Source of the DNA: Camelus ferus
Lineage: Eukaryota
Length of the DNA stretch: 64,000 bases
Reading direction: 5' to 3'
Assembly: GCF_009834535.1 (NCBI RefSeq)
Contig: NC_045711.1
Location: 43,462,001-43,526,000 of the forward strand
Part shown: piece by piece, positions 49,752 to 61,350 of the stretch
Position numbering within the stretch: position 1 is the first letter of the stretch
How the letters are laid out: every line of letters starts with the position of its first letter
The notes under the pieces: model-generated
Databases searched by the model: none
What the model was told of the DNA's origin: nothing
The model's input: only the letters and a program-made list of their open reading frames with translations
Made by a program: the position numbers and the translations under genes

Positions 49752-49870
49752 GTTCTACCGGTCCTGAGCCACGTGACCTTGGGCCAGTTACTTATTTTCT
49801 CTGACCTTCTGATTCCTCCATCTGAAGAATGGGGATGCTAATACCACTCGGGGTTAGTTGTGAATAAGTC
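49752..49870 (+). mobile_element. MIR
   Basis: gtgaccttgggccagttactta...catctgaagaatggggatgctaata. Confidence 0.8.
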
Positions 49871-50124
49871 CAGGCACCTCCAGCTTCTGGTTCCATGACT
49901 CTGCTTTCCCATGTGTCAAGTGGAGTGGCCACACCTGGCTCACAGAGATGCCATGGGGACCAAACGGAAGGATGTCTCTGCCAACCCAAAGTGAGTTCTG
50001 AAAAGCTGTTCGGGACCAAACGTGAGCTCTTTAACAGGCTTTGCCATCTCTCGAGCCCTGTCAACTGTCTGTTCTTCTGGGGTGCGAGGGTGGTGAGCAT
50101 CTTTTTGGTGAGTGCAATTATCTC

Positions 50125-50355
50125 CGGAGGGATAATTGAGATCGAATGCCTGCTACACATCAGGTGCTGGGCTGGGGACTCATACACACGATCCCATTCA
50201 AACCTCCCAGCAACTCTACTGTCACACCCATAGTTAGAGAAGAAGAAATAGATTCACTGGGAGGCCAAACGACTCACCCAAGGTCATGCGGCAAAGCAGA
50301 GGCAGAGCTGGGGTCTCCACCGCATTTGTCTGACGAAGAAACCTGGGCTCTCTGC
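50125..50355 (-). mobile_element. MIR
   Basis: cccattcaaacctcccagcaactct...gactcacccaaggtcatgcggc...ggcagagctggg. Confidence 0.7.
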
Positions 50356-50769
50356 ATTCCGCTATGAAACAGCGACAAAAAGCAATCCAGGCTAACCTCT
50401 ATCAGCAATGGAGCGAAACCTAGGATTTGCACCTGAGCACGTCCCAACGTGCCTGAAGATAAATTAGACTAGAATTACAAGTCGGGACATGAAACCTCGT
50501 AAATGCCAAGTGCTTCCTAAGCATGGCAGAGTGATGGCTTGAGGCTCTCCTGGGTGGCCCGAGTGGTGTCCCTGCTGAATGATGTGAGTCTTTGCTATTT
50601 CCCAAAAGTTCAGCTGAAGATCTACAACCCTGTTCTCCCAAACCAGAGAATTGAGCGGGGCAGGTCAGCAGCTCGCTGCAGGTTTAAGACCTGTAGGTCC
50701 TACCTTGAAAATATCCAGTTAATTTCCAGTTAATTTGCTCCTCTCAACCCCTGTAAGCTGCAGCCTGTA

Positions 50770-51330
50770 CATCAACGTGGTGCTACTCATCTCCTACCTG
50801 GTTAACTGCTACAGTCTCCTGCACGGTCTCCCTGCACCTCCTCCTTCCATATTCATTCACTTTCCACATTGCAGCCAGGGGGACCTTCCTGGAAAGCAAA
50901 TTCTCCTGCTTACACCCTTCCCTGGCTGCAAACCCCTTGGTTGGAGTGACATACAAGGATCCTGATGACAGCTCCTTCCATCCTCTTCTCTCTGGCACCC
51001 CATGAGTCAGCTCTGCCCACCTCTGCCCTTCTCTAAACACGCCATGCTACTGCACACCCCTGTGTACACCCACGGATTTCTCTGCTCAGGACCCTTTCCC
51101 CTCCTTTGTTCAGCTAACTCTTTCTCATCCTTTATGCCTCAGCTTGGCACCACCTCCTCCTGAAAGCCTTCCCTGATTGCCCACCCTCCTACCCAGAATG
51201 GGTTAGATGCCCCCCTCAGGGCTTTGACAGCTCCCTGTGTCACTTCCATCCTGTCACACCAGATAGTCCGCTAACTCCTACTTGAACTTCGGACCTCAGC
51301 TGGCTCTTCCAAACTAGGGTTGGGTCTGAT
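50770..51330 (+). mobile_element. L2
   Basis: ctcatctcctacctggttaactgctacagtctcctgcacggtctccctgc...cacctcctcctgaaagccttccctga. Confidence 0.85.
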
Positions 51331-52304
51331 GAACGGACTCTCCTTCAAGCTCTGGTCACTTGTGCATTTGTGTGAGTACTTGATTGATGCCTGTCTCTCC
51401 ACACTGGGTTGTAAACTCTAGGCTCTCGGGCCCTTGCTCACTTCCTGGGTTCACTGGAAGCTGACTGGAGATGCAGACTTGTCTGCCGGAATTTATTGGG
51501 CAAAGGTCTCCAAATCCACATGCAGGGATCCCACCCTTAAGGGAGTGAAGAAGGCAGGAGAAGCTGAGCTTCCATGCAGTTGGAACAGAGGCCCCAGCTG
51601 ACCCACTGGGAACTCTGGAGCTGGGGTGGCCCTTCAGAGTTGGATTGGATTGAGACAAGGGGCCAGCTATTGTACTGCCACTGGATTTGGGCCACCCCTG
51701 GTGAGAGGACAGAACCCTGGGCAAGGTACCTCTTTACATGAGAGGACAATTCCCAGAGTGGAGAGCTCTTCTCAGCTGCCACCACTGCAGGTCACGGGTG
51801 GGTGTGCGTGCCTCCGCCCTGCAGGGGTGAACATCTGCTACTGCTACCTTATTCCCTGCACCCACCCCAGTTCCTAGTTCCCGGGACCTAGGTAACCAAT
51901 GAACTCCAAGTAAATTAACACATCCATTCATGTGTCCATTGTTGCTCCACCCCCGAACTCACTTTGTCTCACCTATTTATCCAAGGGCTCTATGCAGAGC
52001 CGAGCCTAGCAAATGCACTCAGCAGAAGTCTGCTGAATGATTAAATTTAAAAAAGAATGACTGAAGGAATAATGGTGCAATTTGTATTTATAAAGAAAGA
52101 TAAATTTGCACACAATGTAGCTGTTCAAAAACCACATGAAGTGAGGATACCTCCCTCCATGAGCTGGCTTTCTTCAAAGCAGGGACTTCAGCAAGTGGAC
52201 CAGACCGACTGTTAGCAAAGCTCTCTGCCTGTCCTCCTGGTCCAGGTTGGATGGGCTGGGGAGGGATTTGGTGAGGAGGAGATCAGGCCTCCCGTCTTCC
52301 AAGA

Positions 52305-52500
52305 ACAAAGAAGAAGTGGCTGGAGGAACTGGTGGTATTTAGAATGCAAAAGAGCAGACTTAAGAAGGATCATGATAGCTCTCTGTAAATATTTGAAGGG
52401 CTATCATTTGGAAGAGAGAATAGACTTATTCTGGAACTGTTGTGGAGAATAGGTCTAGAATTGGGGTTGGACATAGGGAAAGAACAATTAAAACATGAGA
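52305..52500 (+). mobile_element. L3/CR1 LINE ORF2 C-terminal remnant
   Basis: With one frameshift it translates as WLEELVVFRMQKSRLKKD / IMIALCKYLKGYHLEERIDLF, like CR1 '[27 protein letters not shown]'. Confidence 0.75.
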
Positions 52501-52507
52501 CCACCAT

Positions 52508-53345
52508 CTTTCTGGGGAGACGGACACACATTCTGTATCATTAAGGGTTATGGGTTATACAGGTGTATCTATTTGTCAAAACAATCCAGGTAAGATCGGT
52601 GCATTTCAACAGACAAATTTTACAACAAAAAGGAAATGCTAAATTATCATCATCGTTGAGACAGGAAGGAAGGGGGCAGAGCAAAGCCATTCAAGAAACA
52701 ATACAGCAATTAACACCAAGGTGGTGAAATGGCGGGGGAATTTCACTTCTAGTAGACTTTGAGCTTCATTATACACTCATGTAATGTGTTGGTTTGGTAA
52801 ATAACATTCCCACAGGTGCCGTGACAGTTCTGAGGCCGACCATAGGAGGTCAAAGTGGGGCAGTGGCCCAATCCCTGAGAATCCCAGCCCCCTCCCCCAA
52901 AAGTAGTTGGAGTAACCCTCCCACTGGCTAGCACATGAAGCTATGGATCCCACAAAAACTAGCAACACTGTGCCTCACGAGCTCTCGCTCCCTCGTCTTC
53001 GGAGACGCCCGCACTCTGTCTATGGGGTGTGGATCTCTCTGAGTAAATCTACCATTACTCAGTGTGGCTCACTCTTGAGTTCTTTCCTGTGTGGAGCCAA
53101 GGACCCACACTTGGCGGGGCACATCCCAGGGACTCAGCCGAGACCTGAGACATGGCATCCTCTTGCCCCACATTCTTTTCCCTGTATCATCATCACCATC
53201 CTTAAGTGAGCACAGGGGTGAGCAGAGGTACGGAGGAAACAAGAATGTCAAAATGTTAATGTTGTTGGGTTTGGATGGTGGGCTCATGGGGTTGATGATA
53301 CTATTTTGTTTACTTTGTATATGTTAAAAATGTTTCATAAATTAA
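52508..53345 (+). mobile_element. Old L1M (MC/ME) 3' end interrupted by an LTR
   Basis: ttctgggg...gggttatacaggtgtatctatttgtcaaaac before the LTR; caaaatgttaatg...tttgtatatgttaaaaatgtttcataa after it. Confidence 0.65.
52654..53189 (+). mobile_element. ERV1-class solo LTR with 4-bp TSD
   Basis: Starts (c/t)gttgagacagg and ends cctgtatca; TSD tcat at 52650-52653 and 53190-53193; U5-like ctcttgagttctttcctgtgtggagccaaggaccc. Confidence 0.8.
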
Positions 53346-53679
53346 AAGCAGCTGTATGTTAATTACTGAACAAAAATGAATCAGACGGGCTGTGTTGGAA
53401 GACAGTGAGCTGCTCGTCACTAGAATTGTTTATGCAGATTCTCTGGGCATCCTCCCCATTACCCCCGCCCTCCAAGAACCTGGGAAATGGGAGGATATTG
53501 CCAGGAGCAGAACACAAACCAGGTAACCTCGTTAGACAGTGGGAGATGCTGGGGGTGGAGGCAGGGCAGACATCCGAGGTGTCTAGGAAGGCCCCTCGAC
53601 TTGGGGGGAGTGGAGTGGAGTGGAGGGAGGGTCCAAGTCAAGATGAGGAATCATGGGTTTGGAACGAAGCCTGAGTTAG

Positions 53680-53865
53680 AGGCAGCATGAGTTTTCAGGC
53701 TCTGAGCCATGTGTCACCGCTTGCTGGCTGTGTGAACCCAAGTAAGGCACTCAACCTCGGTGAGCCTCAGTTTTCTCATCTGGAAAATGGGAGGTTGGCC
53801 CTACCTCATAGGATTAAATGCGCTTGGGTGGCTGGCATCTAGGCAGCCATGCTCATTATGGTTAT
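53680..53865 (+). mobile_element. MIR
   Basis: ctgtgtgaacccaagtaaggcactcaacctcggtgagcctcagttttctcatctggaaaatggg. Confidence 0.85.
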
Positions 53866-55004
53866 AAGGGGAAGATGACCCCCAAGTGAAGACAGGCTTC
53901 CGGGGGAAGGGGGTGGGACTTGAAGGCCTCTCTCAAACACCAGCTACCACAGGAGGGCCATGTTTTGGAGATGGCTAAGGGAGGGGTGCCTGAACGGGTC
54001 GGCCTGAATTAAAAGGCAGGGAAAAAAGGCTATTCAGATCTTTCCATTGATAACATTCTAGGATTCTAGAGGGATCCCAGGCAATATTCATGAGTGACTG
54101 CTGGGGCTCTCCATGCCCCGGTTCATTTCCATAGCTTGCAGAGGTGGACAGCCTTGTGTCCACGCTGCCAGGAACACAGCCTCCCCTTGCCAGCCCCCAT
54201 GGATCCCGGACCCCCAGCGCAGCTGTGACCTCACCCCAGACCCTAAGTCCACCCCGACTGGGCTTGGAGTCACACACAGTGAACCCTGCAGGGCAGGAGA
54301 GTCACCGTCATCTCTCTGTCTCTGGCGCACAGTGGGTGTGTAACAAATGAGTTCCAGGTAAACAAACAAATGCTTGAGCTGAGTGTGAGGACAGGTACTT
54401 TAGCCAAGTCTGCCTGCTCCGGGGCTTATGTCCCTGGGAAGCTGTGAGGATGGAGGGACAGTCCATCCTCCCCTAGCCGGGCCCGGAGACCCCCAGGAGG
54501 CCGACCGGCAGCCACTGTTGGCAGGCAGTGCTCCCGGCAGATGGCGGTAGCCTCTTCATTTCCACGAACGCCTCGGAGCACCAGCGTGGCCACCCACTGA
54601 ACACACCATACATCAGACACCTAATGGCACATTATGGAACATAAGTGGTAACCACCAAATGGGACCCAGGAAAGGAATTAGAGCCAGATGCATGGCAGGG
54701 AAGGAAAAAAATTGAGAAGAGCCTTGGAGGAAATGGGGCCCCGATTAAATCACCTTGGGATAGGAGAAACCATCTCTTTAAGCACTTATGGACCAGACGA
54801 GTCCGCTTCATTTCAAATCAGCGCCCTTGATAGAGAGTAGGGCTGGACACTGGGCCCCTCACTGGTCACTGCTGCCTGGACTGGGCTTGCCAGCCTAGCC
54901 CTGACCACTGAACTGCTCCGTGAGCCCCTCCCAGCCAGGTTTTCATTCAACAAGTATTTTTGTGCTTCTACTATGTGGCATGAAGTTGTGTGCACCAGGG
55001 CGTT

Positions 55005-55320
55005 TAAATTCAAGGGTTAGACTCAAGTTATCTCTTTGTTTGTTTATTTATTTATTTTTGGTGAGGGAGGAAGGTAATTAGGTTTATTTATTTTTGGAGG
55101 AGGTACTGGGGATTGAACCCAGGACCTCATGCACGCTAAGCATGTGCTCTACCACTTGAGCTATACCCTCCCCCATCAAGTTATCTGGTTTTAAATGTTG
55201 GTTCTGCCCCCGTTAACTTCTCTGGCCTCAGTTCGTCTTTGTAATACCTTCTACCTTGCAAGGCTGTCATGCAGTTAAATAAGAACATGGGGAAAGAATT
55301 TAGAACAGCAGTGAATATGT
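55005..55320 (+). mobile_element. MIR hosting the SINE insertion
   Basis: Removing the SINE restores agactcaagttatctggttttaaatgttggttctgcc...ctctggcctcagtt...caaggctgtcatgcagttaaat. Confidence 0.6.
55034..55175 (-). mobile_element. Camelid tRNA-Ala-derived SINE (Vic-1 type)
   Basis: Reverse complement GGGGGAGGGTATAGCTCAAGTGGTAGAGCACATGCTTAGCGTGCATGAGGTCCTGGGTTCAATCCCCAGTACCTCC plus an AT-rich tail; A/B boxes intact; perfect 11-bp TSD tcaagttatct 55023-55033 / 55176-55186. Confidence 0.92.
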
Positions 55321-55939
55321 CCCCAAGGGTCCTCCTGGGGATACACTCTAACATTCCAGTGGGGGGAGGGGACTGTGGGCCAGATCCCCGGTGTCCAGCC
55401 TGGAAACTGCATACAGTAAGCATTCAGGGGGTTTTATCTGAATTGAGCAGAGCACATGTCCACTCACACACAGGCACACGCTCACACACACACGCCCCGA
55501 GAGCCCCCGGTAGAGATCCATTTCCTTGGCAGGTAGGTGGAGTTTTCCAGACCCCTTCATGGAGGGGCGGCTATTCCTGGGTCCTGGGTCCTGGCTTTGG
55601 GCAGGCATCTTGGTTCCAGGGCTTTCTCATTTCTGGCACCTGGAGTTTCCCTTTCTTTAGAGCTTGGCTCTGCATTAACTTTTTTTTTTTCTCCCCAAAT
55701 TGTTCTGCATTTCTATGTGCGTGTGTTGGAAGACAGGTTTGTTGTGTTGGGCTCAGTCCATCAAGACAATGGAACTAGAAATCACAGGCTGGAATTTTGA
55801 TTTTTATTTGCTCGTGACTCATCTTGTTTTATGAGGTTTTTGAGGTCACTTAGAGAGATGACCAAGGCACGGTTCCTAACCTCCAGGACTCTAGAACCTC
55901 TTTGGGGGGACAGGGTTATAAGCAAATGGCTACAATAAA

Positions 55940-56900
55940 TCGCAGAAGGAAGGCAGGAGTGCATGGAGGGGGCAGTCAAATACACTGGGGAGACTCAGAG
56001 TTGGGTCAAGTGACCAGTTCTGACCTGAGGGATGGAAGAGGCTTTGTGAAAGGGGTGGGATTGGCTCTGGCTGGCTGGAGGCGGAGAATGTCAGGACACC
56101 AAAAGCAGGGAAGGGCAGAGGGAACAGCATGAGAGGAGGCACAGAGGCACGGGTAGATGTATGGGTGCTCTGGGAGCAGTGAGCCCGCTGGTGGGGCTGG
56201 AAGGGAGGCTGTAGGGGAAAGAAGTCGTGGATGAGATGAGAAAGGTGGGTTGGGCCAGATTGTGAAGACCCTGATGCTGGCTTAAGACCAAGCATTGTAG
56301 GAGACGGCTTACGCTGTTACGTATTTAATCCGCACTGTGGTCTTACGTGCTATTATGCCCCTTTTAGGCATGGGAAACTTAGACCCTGAGAGGTTACAAA
56401 ACATTCTACCATAAGCAAATTATTAATCCCAAACTCAGCCTTTTAAGCACATAAGCAAGGGGCCAGGATTCAAACTCAGATCCATGAATAACCTAAAAGT
56501 TCCCTTGTCCCCAAGAATTAAACACTGTTGCCATGAGACAGTCTGGGCAATAGTGAGGGACTTTAGGAAATACAGAAGCAGGGTAGGGTCTATAATGATC
56601 TTCCAGGTCAGGCATTGGAATGATGTTGAGGAACCACCCTGGCCTCCATCATTACCACCAGAAGGAAGACAGGAAAAAAGACCAAGAAGCTAAATGGAGG
56701 TTAAAAGTGGAGGAACAGCAAAATATCAATGCAAGGACAATGAGAAGGCTCTGGGATGGAGGACGGGGAAAGAGGCTGGAAAAGGGATCAGACCCTCCAT
56801 CCACAGTGGAAGAATCTCAGGGTTCTCAGGATGTCTCAGCTCATTTGATAGAAGAGGGAGCTGGGGTGCACAGAGAGGAGTCCTGACTTCTGCACCTGAT
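55940..56900 (-). mobile_element. L2 fragments with a nested MIR (~56320-56485)
   Basis: gcagagggaacagcatgagaggaggcacagagg...gggccagattgtgaag (L2); ggggccaggattcaaactcag (MIR). Confidence 0.7.
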
Positions 56901-57049
56901 TGACCGATGGACTCATTCGTTCATGTGCCCAACATCCAGTCTCCTCTTTGCCCGGCACTGAGCAATATGCGGTTGCCAAGGACATAGAACATATATTGAG
57001 TGCATAACGTGTTAGGTACTTACAGGCAATATCTCCTTTATTTCTCCGA

Positions 57050-57185
57050 GTGGCTCAGTGTGGAAAGTGTTAGATCCCCATTTCACATATAAGAAAGCTG
57101 AGCTCAGCAAGGTTCAGTCAGGTATCCAAGGTAGATTGAGACTGATACTCAGGTCAGCCCATTGCTTTCCACTGGAGCACGATGC
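57050..57185 (-). mobile_element. MIR
   Basis: cccatttcacatataagaaagctgagctcagcaaggtt. Confidence 0.6.
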
Positions 57186-57929
57186 CGCCCCCATCACTCC
57201 TGCCTTTAAGAGCTTAATGACCAGGGCAGTTAAAACATTTATTGCCCTCCCCCAAAAGGAGGACTCTTTTGAGAGTGAAAGGTGGGGGCGCTGTCAGTAA
57301 TCACAGCAGGACAACAGGCAGAGCCCCGCACTGACCCAGGTAAACTGGGATGTAGGGTCATCCTACGCTAAAGGCGAATTAGTATTTATATCTGCATGGG
57401 GCTTCGAAGCCTTCCAAAGCATTTTCCAACTTTCAGCCATGCCTCATTTATATGGTGAAATGAGAACAGTTTCCCGGATAACAAGCTCATCCTTTTCAAC
57501 ACGACGCTTTAAGAATCTGGATGATTTTGGATGCTTTGAAATGCAGCCCAGGTTTTCCTCCCCAAGGAAAGGGCGCTCCACTGCATTGTCCCCGGACGGG
57601 CCTGGCTCTCCCACTCAGCTGCGGAGAGCTCCTGCAGCCTGTGGCACTCAGGGCAGAGCTCTGAGAAGGGGGACTCCGGTGCCTTCCCTGCCCCAAGAGA
57701 AGGACAGGCAGCAACACTTGCTCTGTAAGACTGGAGGATGCTCAGGCCCCAGGAGTCCCTCACAGGGCTTTCTGTGGTCAGCTTCTTTCATAGAAACTCA
57801 AAACCAGCACCCAGTAAGTCAGAGACTTAGGAGAGCAGAGAAGTGTCAATGCAGAAGCTGAGAAGGCCCTGCGGTGAGGTGCAGGGAGAGGAGATCTTTG
57901 AGCTCAGTGGGTTCACACTCGCCATGTTA

Positions 57930-58060
57930 CACTGTGGTTCGGAGAAGGAAGATGACTTGTCCAGAGCAGCATTGGTAATTAGTGGCAAAGATGGGACTGG
58001 ACTCCAGGTTTCCTGACTCCTGGTCTTGAGTTCCTTCCACTGAGCCCTGCTGACCTCATA
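57930..58060 (-). mobile_element. MIR
   Basis: gatgacttgtccagagc...gtggcaaagatgggactggactccaggtttcctgactcc. Confidence 0.7.
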
Positions 58061-58109
58061 AGCACCCTCTTCTTCCCTCCTCCTCTCCATCACGTGGGAT
58101 CTCTGGCAA

Positions 58110-58460
58110 GTGCCCTGGACACACTCTACTCTCTCATGCCTCCATGCCTTTGCACCTGCTGTTCCACCTGCCTGGCATGCCCTTCCTGGGAGTCCCCTGC
58201 CTGGCAAAGCCTTTCTTCCTTCAAGAGGAAGTAGAAGCATTCTATCTGGCAACTTTAGTGGAATCACTGTGCCTCTCTGGACCTCATCCGTGGGTTAATT
58301 TTTGGCATCTATTATACTGTGAAATGTATGTGTGCCTCTCCTTTTGATTCCAGGCTCCCAGAGGGCAAAGATTCCTTCTTGTTCATTTCTGCATCTCAGT
58401 ACCCCGCACAGGGCCTGGAACGGGGCCCGCTTTCAATCAATGTTATTGCATTAAATTGAA
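58110..58460 (+). mobile_element. L2
   Basis: catgcctttgcacctgctgttccacctgcctggcatgccctt...ggctcccagagggcaaag...cacagggcctggaac. Confidence 0.85.
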
Positions 58461-59040
58461 ATGCCCTTGGGGGGAAGGGAGTTATGACAGGGGAGGCTGC
58501 CTGGGAAGGGGTGAAAGACGGAGGCCAGGTGGGAGGAGACAGGTGACGGCAGCTGACTTCCGCCCCTCCCCAGGGGGCCAAGGACGATCTTGTGTTGAGA
58601 GATGGTTTAGAACAGGCCTGAGGGTGTGGGGAGAGGGCAAGGAGGGCGCTGGCAGCCCCTGGGACTGCTCAACCCCGCATCTGCCTGTTGGAGTCAGTCT
58701 CTGGAAAAGTACCAGTGAATTAAAGCCCAATAAAAAAGTCAATTAAGTCCCAGCTCATTTATGCCTTAAGCTCCCCCAAGCCAGTGAGCCAGAATGCAAG
58801 CTGGGCCGATATTTCCCCATTTCCCTCCATGTCTACATGGGTCTCCAGTGAAGCGACCGTGACACTTTTTATTTCAACCGTAAATGGGGCAGATAGACTG
58901 AGAGCGAAGAGATGGCTGCTGGGGGGTAGGGGTGGGGCGGGGGGGGGGGATGCTGGGCTCTCTGGATCCCAACCAAGAGACTCCTGTCAGCTGGCGTGAT
59001 GTCCACGTCCTGACCTTGGGCTCCAGATGGGGCGCTGGGG

Positions 59041-59041
<1 letters not shown>

Positions 59042-59090
<49 letters not shown>
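59042..59090. repeat. (TG)24 microsatellite
   Basis: Uninterrupted TG dinucleotide run. Confidence 0.98.
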
Positions 59091-59091
<1 letters not shown>

Positions 59092-59199
59092 CCCGTGCGC
59101 ATGCGTGTTTGCCCACATGGACCAGGGGTGTGTTTGTGCATATACGTGGGTGTGCACGATTGTTTGCTACATAGATAAGTGCAGTTTGCATATCTGTGG

Positions 59200-59345
59200 G
59201 TTGATTCATCCATTTATTTCATACATAGTTATTGAGCACCTACTGTGTGCCGGACAGTGTACTTGCCTCTGGGATTTTCATATGAAAAAGAGTCTCAGCC
59301 CCTCCCCGCGTGAAATCTAGAGCGGAAAACAGACAATAAAGCAAG
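59200..59345 (-). mobile_element. L2 3' end
   Basis: ttcatccatttatttcatacatagttattgagcacctactgtgtgcc. Confidence 0.85.
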
Positions 59346-59854
59346 TAGTAACGCGCGTGTTGAATGCTACCCGGGTGCAGGCGTGCACGTGCACGCTTGC
59401 ATATCTGAGGGCGCGCATGCCTGGAAGTCTAGGTACGTGTGTGCGTGAATAAAGCGGGGTGTGTGTTGCGGCGTGTAGCCTAAGTCTCTAGCTGACCTAG
59501 TTGCTGAAAAACGTCCCTTGAAAGTGATCGCAGGGTGGTGATAGCTCATGAGAAGTGATGTGTGTTGGAGGGGTTGGTTGGGGGAGGAGAAGGGAGAATT
59601 GAAGTCGTCAGGGGCACCTGAATCAGAACAGGAGACCTCATACCTAAAGAGTGTGCACAGCCCATGGTCTTTCCCCTTCCTCTCACTTCCCCCTGAGCTC
59701 GTCCAACCTCTGCTCCCCGACAGGGACCCTCGGAGGCCTGTGGCTGACCCTCAGTTTTGGGTGGATGGGAAAACCTTGGACTAAGACAATGAGGATGTAG
59801 ATTCTGTTCCCAGTTGCTGCTAAGTAGGAAACGCACAGCAAAGGAGGATGTGGA

Positions 59855-60010
59855 GCTTGAGGTCCTGCGCCCACCACGTACTAGCTGTGTTACCCTGGGC
59901 GTGTCTCCTAGTCTCTCTGAGTCTCAGATTCCTTACCTGTAAGTGAGAGTGAGAGTGAGAATGCTGTCTCTGTTAACCCCCACGAGATTGCTGTGACAGC
60001 CCACGACCCT
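59855..60010 (+). mobile_element. MIR
   Basis: tactagctgtgttaccctgggc...ctctctgagtctcagattccttacctgtaa. Confidence 0.8.
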
Positions 60011-60239
60011 AAAGCATCCACACAGAAGTGGGATGTAGCTACCTATGAAAATAGTTAGCGTTCCTACCATGGCCAAGCGACCTCTCTCTGGGCCTTTCTA
60101 AATCAATACTCCAGTAGTGCCTGAAAAATGCCTGCATAGCATTTTCCATAGTATTTTTCCAGAAAACACAATCTCTCAGGGAATGAAGAAACAACTCTGT
60201 TTTGAGCTCAAACAGGTTCAAAAATTCTGGGCTAAGCAG

Positions 60240-60335
60240 AGTTAAACATGCTTATTTCTTGCAGGACTTCTCAGAGCCTTTAATATATCAATGTGCATTG
60301 TGAGTCTCCAATAGGGGGCAGAGTAAACGCCAGTT
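60240..60335. mobile_element. hAT-Charlie MITE fragment
   Basis: gcaggacttctcagagcctttaatatatcaatgtgcattgtgagtctcca. Confidence 0.5.
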
Positions 60336-60336
60336 C

Positions 60337-60735
60337 TGTCTTAGGCTGGATCCCTCCGGAGGCTAGCACTTAAGGGCAGTGGTATACTGGGGAGTGACTT
60401 CAAGAAGCCCTGCTAGGGGGGTGCAGAAGTGAGGCAGGGAAGGGAAGGCCGCCATACACAGTGAACTTGGAGCCAGTTCCTGCTGCAGTGACTGGGACTT
60501 AGTCCTACATGGAATTTTCTGAGACTGGTGACAAACACACTGCAGGGTTATCATACAGGAGTGAGGAGGAGGTTGGCCATTCATCTGTTTGCTCCTGTTT
60601 ATCACTGGTTGAGAGCTGCTCCTGGGGTGTCAACACCCTGAACTTCCCGCTTGCTCGGGACTCAGAGCTGGGATGTCCCTGTGCCCAGAGAATGCTCTTG
60701 GGCAGAAAGTCACAGGTGTTCATGGGAAGTGCCTG
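60337..60735 (-). mobile_element. ERVL LTR (LTR16C-like)
   Basis: tgtcttaggctgg terminus; gtgaggcagggaagggaaggcc; ctggttgagagctgctcctggggtgtcaacaccc match the reverse complement of LTR16C. Confidence 0.75.
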
Positions 60736-61086
60736 ACAGCAGGAGAGGAGAATGACGAGGCCATGTGGATGGAGAACTAACAGCATCTCCACATCCCCAC
60801 TTGGCTTGACCTCCAACATCTCTTCCAATTGGACTTTCCTCAGACAATTTAGAACTCTCGTGCATGAGTGTATGTTTGATATACCTCCTGGAACAGGGCC
60901 TGGGACTCACTATAAGGCAGAGGCACCAAGCATGCAGAGATGGAAGCTTCTGGAAGGTGGTGACCCAAGGTATCTGGCACATAGAAAGCCAGAAATCTTG
61001 TTGAGAGATGCCAAGTTTGGTCAGCCACAGCCACGCTTTGGGTAACAAAGTGTCAGTGAGAAACAACAAATGGGTGGAGATGGGCC

Positions 61087-61116
61087 AGAATATGCCAGAA
61101 TGTTCCAGAATGTTCC
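61087..61116. promoter_or_regulatory. Heat-shock element (HSE) consensus
   Basis: aGAAt aTGCc aGAAt gTTCc aGAAt gTTCc: four perfect alternating nGAAn/nTTCn units, plus two upstream units with one mismatch. Confidence 0.45.
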
Positions 61117-61164
61117 TTATATGAGAGGCTAGCTAAGGGGCTGCTCTGGTGTTTTGAAGAGCCA

Positions 61165-61350
61165 CAGACAGAATGTCAGAACTGGACGTACAGAGTTCTG
61201 GGGATCATCTAACCCCAAACACTTGTTTTAATTATAAGGGAAATCGAGGACTAAAGAGGTGAAAGGACGTCTTCAATGTCACCCAGCAATTTAAGAGCAG
61301 AGCCTGATCAGAATGCAGGTTTCCAGCTCACTAGTGAGCTCTTCCCGCTT
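61165..61350 (-). mobile_element. MIR (MIR3/MIRc-like)
   Basis: gatcatctaaccccaaac...gaaatcgaggactaaagaggtgaaagg...gtcacccagc. Confidence 0.65.

Noticed and set aside
55095-55170. tRNA-Ala(AGC)-like sequence
   Set aside because: It is the head of a SINE (extra 5' bases, AT-rich tail, TSD), not a tRNA gene
61325-61340. 16-bp perfect palindrome agctcactagtgagct
   Set aside because: About one is expected by chance in 64 kb; lies at a MIR edge with no motif support
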